31,766 bases of DNA from Candidatus Eiseniibacteriota bacterium (lineage in GTDB: Bacteria > Eisenbacteria > RBG-16-71-46), in assembly GCA_041483195.1 (NCBI GenBank), contig JBGPFC010000040.1, positions 1-31,766 of the forward strand, written 5' to 3'. The translations under genes were made by a program, and so were the position numbers. Of the stretch, positions 16,776-24,004 are shown one piece after another. Below the pieces are notes generated by a model. That model worked only from the letters and a program-made list of their open reading frames with translations. It ran no database searches and had not been told where the DNA came from. Positions within the stretch are counted from its first letter, which is position 1. Each line of letters opens with the position of its first letter.

Positions 16776-17525
16776 CTACCAGCTCCAGCCGAGCCCGAGC
16801 TCGAACGCGCGCGCGCTGCGTTCCATCGAGCCCTTGGCGAGATCGAGCAGACCATGGGCGTAGCGCCCGCGCAGTGACACGACGTGACCGGCGAGCGGCC
16901 GGTTGAGCCCGGCTCCCGCGGTGATCGCCAGGTCGAAGCGTTCGTAGAGGCCGGTCAGGTCGCGGTCGCCTCCGAGCGTGCCCACCTCCTCGAAGATGGC
17001 TGCCGCGGGCGCCGGATGGAAGCTGCGAATGGGATCCGGCGTCGTGGTGATGGAGGCGTCCTGCCGCGAGCGCATCCTCGCGTGCACGAGGTAGCGCGCC
17101 TCGGGTCCGGCCTCGATGACCAGCGGCCCCACCGCGCGGAACGAGGCGCGCAGCGGAAGCGCGATCCAGTGCCAGTCCATCCGCACGTTGCCGCGCATCA
17201 CGGTCGTGGAGCCACCGCCGGTCACGGTGAGCGTGAGATCCTCATCCTCGTTGATTCGGACGTAGCGCAGTCCGGTGCCCAGCGACCAGCGGCCCACGAG
17301 CGGCCACTCCACGGTCGGCCCCACGGCCCACGCGATCCGCATCGGCGGGTCGTCGAGCAGATCGGGGGAATCGCCGCTGCCGCGGGTGAGCTTCCCCTCC
17401 AGCCCCGCGACCTCCACGCCGAGGCGCGCGGCCGCGGCACGAGCGGAGACCGGGACCTGCATCCACGCAGCGAACCCGAACGCGAACGCGAGCAGCACCA
17501 CACGACGAGCATGAGCGCGAGTCAT
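16776..17525 (-). CDS. Outer-membrane beta-barrel protein (PorT / OMP_b-brl_2-like)
   Basis: Signal peptide; amphipathic strands ('WIALPLRASF', 'IEAGPEARYL', 'FDLAITAGAG', 'LRGRYAHGLLDL'); C-terminal aromatic signature 'FELGLGWSW'. Confidence 0.8.
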   Translation of the reverse strand: MTRAHARRVVLLAFAFGFAAWMQVPVSARAAAARLGVEVAGLEGKLTRGSGDSPDLLDDPPMRIAWAVGPTVEWPLVGRWSLGTGLRYVRINEDEDLTLTVTGGGSTTVMRGNVRMDWHWIALPLRASFRAVGPLVIEAGPEARYLVHARMRSRQDASITTTPDPIRSFHPAPAAAIFEEVGTLGGDRDLTGLYERFDLAITAGAGLNRPLAGHVVSLRGRYAHGLLDLAKGSMERSARAFELGLGWSW

Positions 17526-17536
17526 CGAACGCCCCG

Positions 17537-20500
17537 CTACTCCCCGACGATCTGCACCAGCTGCGGCGGCGAGACGCCCTGCTCCTGCGAGGCCTTCGCC
17601 ACCTTCAATGGAATCAGCTTCGAGAACGCCTCATCGTATCGCCAGCGGCGCCACTCGCCATCGAGGCGCACGGTGATGTGCTCGCCCTCGATGCGCAGCG
17701 GCACGCCGCGCCGTGAGGCTTCGCGCGCGATGAACGGCGCCAGCTCCTTCGCCCACTCCTCCGGCGCGATCGCCGACAGCACGTTGCCGGAGTACTGCGC
17801 GGGATCGAGCCGCACCTGCGGATCGAACACGTACACGCGGCCCGCCGCCGCCCCCGACATGAAGAACTTCCCAGCGTAGGGCTTGGGCCGGAGCGCGATC
17901 TCGCCTCGCGCGTCGGGCTTGCGGAACCCCATCACCACGTGCAGCGAGTTCTCGCCGCCCGACATCAGGTACTCGAAAGCGTACTCGTTGGGCGTGCCGA
18001 AGTGGATGGACTTGAAGCCGGGCGCCTGGGTCTTGCCGTCGGCGAGGAACACCTTGTTCTGCCCGGCCGCCGCGAAGCGCGAGCCGGAGTCCCACAGGCT
18101 CACGGTGCCGCCGTGGGCCGCGTACATCGAGGTGTTGAGCACGTCCTGCAGCACGAACAGGTAGCCGGAGTCGGCCTTCATGCCGAGATGGCTCTGACCC
18201 TGGCCGTAGATGCGGATCTCAGCGCCCTCGAGCAGCGCGCCGATGAAGTCGCCGAACTCGCGGCCGAACAGCTCGATCGAGACTCCGTCGGCCGCGAGCC
18301 CGTCGGGCTTCGCGAGGTTGGTGCCGGCGTAGCGCGGGCCGCCGATGAAGTCGTAGCCGACGACGTTTCGCCAGCCGAGCCGCACCGCTTCCGAGAGGAT
18401 GCGCGATGCTGAATCGAGCAGGAACGATTCGCCCCGGAATCCCGCGAAGTCGATCACCAGCACGTCGCGCTCCGCGTCGTTGGGCGGCGCGAGATCGTCG
18501 CGGGTCGCGAGCGTGAGGCGCGCGAAGCGCCACGCGCCGCGTTTCTGGCCGGCGAGCGCCTCGTCGATCCGCGCGACCTCGTCGAGCAGGCGGGTGATCC
18601 CGCCCTCCGGCGATCCGTCCGAGGCGCGGCCGCCGTCGGTCAGGTACTCGACGCTCGAGAGCGCCTTGCCGCCGAGGTCGGCGAACGCGACGCGCTTGCG
18701 CAGCTCGGCCAGCATTCGCAACGCCGCCGCCCGGTGCGATTCGCCGCGCCGCGCGAACGCGATCAGCGCCTGCTCGACCAGGTAGCGGTAGTCCTCGAAG
18801 CTCAGGGTGCGCAGCCGCTCGAGCGCGGCCTCGATCAGCTCGATCGCCGGCGCGGGCAGCGGCTCGTCCGGCCCGAGCCGCCGGCCCGCGCTCATCGCGC
18901 CCGCGCCATCGAGCGCGGTCGCCAGCCGGCCGAGGCGCTCGTCGACGAGCGCCTTCCACGCGGCATCCGCGCGCCGCACCGCCTGATCGAGCGGCAGCGC
19001 GAGATCGGCCTTGCGCCCAGCGCGATCCACCCTCACTTCCTCGCCGAAGCGATTGCGCAGGTCGATCGCGCCGCCGCCGGGCCGCGTGAACGCCTCGAAC
19101 ACGCCGCCGAAATCGTCGCGCCGCGGGTTGCCGCCGGGCCGCATGCTGAAGCGCAGGTCGGCGGCCGCATCCCCGAGCACGCCCTGGCGGTGCAGCACGC
19201 GCAGCATGCTGTCCGCGATCTTGGCCTCGCTCCCGTTCGCGACCGCGTGCACGCCGCCCGGCGCGGTGTCGCGGGTGACGATGATCTCGTGCGGGCGGAG
19301 GAACTTGATGTCCATGTTCTCGCGGAACCCCACCACGCGGCCCTCGGGCGACGGCCGCGACTCGACGATCGTGAACTTGTAGGGGCCGGTCGGCGTGAGC
19401 TGAACGTAGTTCGTCATCAGCAGCGCGAGCTTCGCGCGCCGCGGCTCGTCCATCGCAGCGAGGTCGAGCCCGGTGATGGGCGAGATGATCTGGCTCGCCT
19501 CCTCGGTGGTGAGCCCCAGCACGCGGCGCGTGAAGTCCACCAGGTAGGCCGCGTACTCGGTGTCGGTGAGCGCCTTGCGCTCGTACACCGAGTCGCCGTG
19601 GTACAGCTCGGCGCCCGGGCCCATCGATGGATCGGCGTGGACGAATCCGAACTCGTTCAGGAACGGCGAGGTCGAGTCCACGCCCACCTGCTCGCCGTTG
19701 TGCATGAGCAGCACGTTGTACGCCTTGAACGGATGCGCGCCCGCCGGGTTGCCGCGGCCCTCCGCATCGATCGCCGGCGAGTTGGTGGGGTAGCGATGGT
19801 GCATGCCCCACACGTGCGCGTGGAGCGCGGTGCTGGCGAGCGTGCGCCCGCCGAAGGCGACCTCCACCCCGCCCGCGGCCGCGCCCGGGTAGGACGCCCA
19901 GAAGCGGTCGAAGTCGAAGTACTCGGGGATGGTGTGCGTCCATCCCGACATCTTGATCGCCGCCAGGTCCTCGCCCATCGACACCACGAAGCCGCGGCGC
20001 TTCGCGGCGTACTTGCCGGGCCGCGCCGCGCGCCCGCCCTCGGGCGGCGGCGCGTGGGTGCGGTAGTAACGCGAGTCGAGCAGGTGCGCGAGCGCCGAGA
20101 AGTATTCCTCGCGCACGTCGGCGACGAACTCCGCGAGCCGGCCGGCGATCGGATCGCCCGCCTCCGGCGAATTCCGCAGCGCGACCTCCAGCACCGGGTC
20201 CGGCACGTCGCCGTACTTGGTGCGGCGCTGGAGCCAGTGCTCGCTCGCGATCAGCGTGCGGCCGTAGCGCTCGAGCACCTCGGGCTTCAGCTCGACGAAG
20301 AACGTGTAGAAGTCGCCAGGGTTCTCGCGGAGCGCGGCCCCGCGCCAGCCGTCGTCGCCGGCGTAGCGCGCGCGCACCGGCAGACGGAACGCGTCGAGCT
20401 GCTCGTGGACCGTTGCGGCCCCGACCTCGGCGCCCCGCGCGTCGAAGAAGCGGCAGCCCTCGAGGTGCGCGAGCATCTCGTGCATGCTCGCCACGCGGTC

Positions 20501-23500
20501 GGGGCCGATGGTGTTGAAAACGAGGCAGGTCTTCTCGCGCAACGGCGCCGGCGCGAAGCCGGCGAAGTCGATCCCCCCGCCGCGGTTGTTGCCGCCGTTG
20601 TACGAGAGCCGCGCCGCCTCCCAGATCGCCTCCACAGTGACCGGCTCGCTCACCGCCAGCGAGCCGACGCGGCACGAGTCGTGATCGGCCTCGAGGCGCG
20701 AGGCCGCTGGCTCGGGATGACGCGGCATCTCGAGCAGGTCGGTGCGTCCGCGCAGCTTTCTTATGTCGTCCAGCAGGCGCTCGGGCGCGACCACCACCCC
20801 CGCGCGGTCGAGCGCGCCGGTCTCGAGATTGAGCGCGTCCACCAGCACCGAGAGCTTCACCATGTTGAGCACCGTCCAGTTGCGGAAGCGGAGCTTCATG
20901 AGGTGGCGGTCGTTCTGCATGGTGAGCTCGGGCTTGGTGGTGATCCCGCCGCGCGGGCAATCGAGGTGGCAGTTCCCGCACTGATTGCATCCGAACGCCG
21001 CGGCCTTCCCGATGCTCGCCTCGACCAGCCCGTCCGCGCCGGCGATCAGCACCTTCAGCATGTCGAGCTCGCCCCGCAGCCCGCCCGACGCGAACAGCCG
21101 CGTTCCGCCGCCCGCGCCGAACGGCGCGCCGTTCAGGTCGCGGATCGGGTGCAGGCTGCCCGATCCGTCCAGGTCCACGCGCTCGCTCACCAGCGCGTGA
21201 TGGGTGTGGAGGATGGTGCGGAAGATGTCGGGCCAGCCCACGTGCGATGAGTCGGCGTGATAGTTCCCCGACCCGCCGAGCCCCGAGTCCACCAGCAGGT
21301 AGTCCACCACGAAGTTCGACCACATGCCGGCCGCGACGTACTTCGTGTAGTTGGAGCCGGTGATCTTGATGCCGCAGTAGTTGTGGTAGAGCAGCCACAG
21401 CCACACCTCGGCCGGCATGTCCTCGATCGAGTAGATGTCGTGCTTGGGATCGGGCGAGAGCGCGTCGGTGCCGACCGGAATGTTTCGCGCCTTGCTCACC
21501 GTCGACGTCACCTTGGCGCCCGAGAGCCGCCCGCCCTTGCCGGGCTTCGCGCCCTGGTTGATCTTGATCTCGACGTCGCGCACCCTCCGCAGGTCGGCCG
21601 CGTGAATGCCGAAGTGTCCGCTCGCCGCCTGCAGGCTCTCCCATTTCATCTCGTCGCCGGCGAACCGCAGCGGCCCGCCCTCTCCCGACGACGTCATCGC
21701 GAGCCCGGCGTTGCCCTCGATGCGCGCCATCAGGAAGTCTTCGGACGCAGCGCCCAGCGAGATGCTGGCGTGGCTCACCGGCCCGCTCCAGATCGGCTCG
21801 CGGAATCCGAAGCCGGACAGCACCAGCCCGCCGCGCGGGTCGCGTCGCACCGTGACGCCGCCGTCGCGGGAGGCGCGCAGCACGGTGCGCCCGTTCCCGC
21901 CGTGCCCGCGAGCGAGCAGCTCGATGGCGAGCGACTCGTCGTCGCCGTCCTTCGCATCGAGCCACAGCGAGCCGCCGCCCGGGAGCGCGGCCTCGAGCGG
22001 ATGGCCGGTCTGGAGCCTCACCTCGAATCCGCCGTGCGCGTCGGCCTCGAACGCCGCCAGCGAAGCGCCGCCCGGCGACGCAGCGATCGTCACGTGCGCG
22101 CCGGCGGGCGTCGCCCCGTGGCGCAGGAACCCGCGCGGCACGGCGAGCGAGACGTAATCGAGGAGCGCCGGATCGCGGCGCAGGCGCTCGAGCGACCACG
22201 CGAGCGAAGCACGCGACAGCCTGACCCTCACGCCGTCGAGCGAGAGCTCGCCCATGTCGCTCTCGATGAAGAAGTCCTCTTCGAGCGGCATCCGGCCCGC
22301 CGCCATGCGGTAGATCACGTCGAGGAAGTCGGCGTTCAGGTTGCGGTTCGAATTCTGAAGATGATAGTTCGCGCTCTCGTGCGCGATCACCTTCGCGGCG
22401 TGCACCAGCGGCAGATCGGGCTTCACCTCGGCCAGCAGCGCAGACGCCTTGAAGCGCTCGCGCACCCGCCGCGGCGCGGGCTCCGCCGCGACCCGGCGCG
22501 CGTTGAGCGCCGCGTTCTCGCGGCCGAACTCCGGCGTCGCGAGGCGGTCCACCTCGCGAATCCACTCCTCGGTCATGGTGATCGCCATGGTGTTGCCGGA
22601 GGTCTTCTGGATGTCGTCGATTCCCATGCACGAGAGGAAGTCGAGGATGCTGTGCTGCCAGCACGCGAGGGTGTTGAGCGCGAGGTCGCGCAGCGCAGCG
22701 GGATCGCGGCGCGCGAGGGATGCGATCAACGGCGCGGCGTCGGCGCCGTGGTAGGCGTCCACCAGCTCGGGCAGCAGCGCGATCCCGGCGAGGTGCGTCA
22801 TCGCGCCGCCGTTCGCGCCCAGCAGCACCGATTCGTAGACGGTCGCGGCCGAGGCCTGGGTGTCGGTGTCGCCGCCCGCCGAGATGAGCTGGACGCGCGC
22901 GCGCAGGAAGCGCGCCTTGAGGAACCCGTCGATGCGCGGCGTCAGGCGGTAGGATTTCTCCGCCCCCGACTGGTAGTGGATCGCGGCCACGCCATCCAAC
23001 CGCACCGAGGATTCGAGCGCGGCCCAGAACGCGGCGTCGCTCCCGGCCGCGTCCGCCTGGTAGCGGAGGAACACCGACAACAGGAGCTCGGGGTTGGCCT
23101 CGAGCGCGAGCGCCGCGTCGCGCGCGAGCGTTTCGCTCCACTCGAGCTCAGCGACCCGCGCGGCCCGCAGCGCGGCGCGCATCGCGTCCGAAGCCGCGCC
23201 GGCTCCCGCGAGCAATGCGGCGTCCGCCGGCGAGAGCCGCGGCATGATGTCGGCCGCGAACGGCTTCAGCGCCTCACGATGCTCGAGGTAGCGGGCGGCT
23301 TCGATCACCACCAGCGAGCGCACCCGCACGTCGTGAGCGGGATCGAACGACCCGATCGCCTCGAGCCACGCGCGCTCCATGGTGATGCCGTCGCCGAGCG
23401 GGAGCGGCCCCACCACCATCGGCAGGTCGAGGCGCACCGCGCGGATCGGGGTCTGGGTCCGCCCAGCCGCGGTGCGGAACAGCACGGCCGGGTGCTTGCG

Positions 23501-24004
23501 CACCAGGTCCCACGCCGTCGAGAATTCCTCCCGCAATCCGTCGTTCGCGGGATGCGTGATGGCGGCATGCGAGAAGTACGAGCGCCAGAACCCGTGGTGC
23601 CACGCCGCGCCCAGCGTGAGCGGCTCCTGCCGCCAGCGTTCCTTGATGACCTTGTCGATGTCGAACGAGGTGATCTCGAGCTGCGGGATCTGGCGCGACA
23701 CGCGCGAGTAGCGGCTCAGGAACAGCCGCCCGCGTTGCCCGCGCCCGAGCTTCCAGAACTGGTCCTCCGCGATCTCGGCTCGCTTCAGCAGGAACGTGAG
23801 CGCCGCGCGCTTGCGCGGCCGCTCCGCGACGCGCGGGCTCTCGGGATCCACCACCAGCGTGAGCAGGTCCTCCCAGAGCGCGACCCGCTCGAGGAAGGCC
23901 CCGCCCTCGGCGCCGCCCTCCGCCCCGGCGCGCACACCCGCCTCCGCGCCGTTCTCCGCGCCGTCGATCATCTCGCGCGCCAGCCGCTCGAGGCCGATGC
24001 TCAT
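17537..24004 (-). CDS. gltB: Glutamate synthase large-subunit-like protein with non-canonical domain order (degenerate barrel - FMN barrel/Fe-S - class II glutamine amidotransferase - GXGXG)
   Basis: FMN domain: 'SSGEGG', 'QAASGHFGI', 'EIKINQGAKPGKGGRLSGAKVT', 'SPDPKHDIYSIED', 'ASGGLRG', 'CNQCGNCHLDCP', 'LRGRTDLL'. GATase-2: 'HDSCRVG', 'HHRYPTNS', 'AHPF', 'HNGE', 'TDTE'. GXGXG region: 'GDFIGALLEGAEIRIYGQGQSHLG', 'YAFEYLMSGG', 'SGAAAGRVYV'. Confidence 0.85.
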   Translation of the reverse strand: MSIGLERLAREMIDGAENGAEAGVRAGAEGGAEGGAFLERVALWEDLLTLVVDPESPRVAERPRKRAALTFLLKRAEIAEDQFWKLGRGQRGRLFLSRYSRVSRQIPQLEITSFDIDKVIKERWRQEPLTLGAAWHHGFWRSYFSHAAITHPANDGLREEFSTAWDLVRKHPAVLFRTAAGRTQTPIRAVRLDLPMVVGPLPLGDGITMERAWLEAIGSFDPAHDVRVRSLVVIEAARYLEHREALKPFAADIMPRLSPADAALLAGAGAASDAMRAALRAARVAELEWSETLARDAALALEANPELLLSVFLRYQADAAGSDAAFWAALESSVRLDGVAAIHYQSGAEKSYRLTPRIDGFLKARFLRARVQLISAGGDTDTQASAATVYESVLLGANGGAMTHLAGIALLPELVDAYHGADAAPLIASLARRDPAALRDLALNTLACWQHSILDFLSCMGIDDIQKTSGNTMAITMTEEWIREVDRLATPEFGRENAALNARRVAAEPAPRRVRERFKASALLAEVKPDLPLVHAAKVIAHESANYHLQNSNRNLNADFLDVIYRMAAGRMPLEEDFFIESDMGELSLDGVRVRLSRASLAWSLERLRRDPALLDYVSLAVPRGFLRHGATPAGAHVTIAASPGGASLAAFEADAHGGFEVRLQTGHPLEAALPGGGSLWLDAKDGDDESLAIELLARGHGGNGRTVLRASRDGGVTVRRDPRGGLVLSGFGFREPIWSGPVSHASISLGAASEDFLMARIEGNAGLAMTSSGEGGPLRFAGDEMKWESLQAASGHFGIHAADLRRVRDVEIKINQGAKPGKGGRLSGAKVTSTVSKARNIPVGTDALSPDPKHDIYSIEDMPAEVWLWLLYHNYCGIKITGSNYTKYVAAGMWSNFVVDYLLVDSGLGGSGNYHADSSHVGWPDIFRTILHTHHALVSERVDLDGSGSLHPIRDLNGAPFGAGGGTRLFASGGLRGELDMLKVLIAGADGLVEASIGKAAAFGCNQCGNCHLDCPRGGITTKPELTMQNDRHLMKLRFRNWTVLNMVKLSVLVDALNLETGALDRAGVVVAPERLLDDIRKLRGRTDLLEMPRHPEPAASRLEADHDSCRVGSLAVSEPVTVEAIWEAARLSYNGGNNRGGGIDFAGFAPAPLREKTCLVFNTIGPDRVASMHEMLAHLEGCRFFDARGAEVGAATVHEQLDAFRLPVRARYAGDDGWRGAALRENPGDFYTFFVELKPEVLERYGRTLIASEHWLQRRTKYGDVPDPVLEVALRNSPEAGDPIAGRLAEFVADVREEYFSALAHLLDSRYYRTHAPPPEGGRAARPGKYAAKRRGFVVSMGEDLAAIKMSGWTHTIPEYFDFDRFWASYPGAAAGGVEVAFGGRTLASTALHAHVWGMHHRYPTNSPAIDAEGRGNPAGAHPFKAYNVLLMHNGEQVGVDSTSPFLNEFGFVHADPSMGPGAELYHGDSVYERKALTDTEYAAYLVDFTRRVLGLTTEEASQIISPITGLDLAAMDEPRRAKLALLMTNYVQLTPTGPYKFTIVESRPSPEGRVVGFRENMDIKFLRPHEIIVTRDTAPGGVHAVANGSEAKIADSMLRVLHRQGVLGDAAADLRFSMRPGGNPRRDDFGGVFEAFTRPGGGAIDLRNRFGEEVRVDRAGRKADLALPLDQAVRRADAAWKALVDERLGRLATALDGAGAMSAGRRLGPDEPLPAPAIELIEAALERLRTLSFEDYRYLVEQALIAFARRGESHRAAALRMLAELRKRVAFADLGGKALSSVEYLTDGGRASDGSPEGGITRLLDEVARIDEALAGQKRGAWRFARLTLATRDDLAPPNDAERDVLVIDFAGFRGESFLLDSASRILSEAVRLGWRNVVGYDFIGGPRYAGTNLAKPDGLAADGVSIELFGREFGDFIGALLEGAEIRIYGQGQSHLGMKADSGYLFVLQDVLNTSMYAAHGGTVSLWDSGSRFAAAGQNKVFLADGKTQAPGFKSIHFGTPNEYAFEYLMSGGENSLHVVMGFRKPDARGEIALRPKPYAGKFFMSGAAAGRVYVFDPQVRLDPAQYSGNVLSAIAPEEWAKELAPFIAREASRRGVPLRIEGEHITVRLDGEWRRWRYDEAFSKLIPLKVAKASQEQGVSPPQLVQIVGE

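Noticed and set aside
18219..23141. 1640-aa ORF on the - strand, plus 838-, 1008- and 877-aa + strand ORFs over the glt-like operon
   Set aside because: Arg/Ala/Gly/Pro-rich, motif-free shadow frames of well-supported genes, as expected at this GC content.
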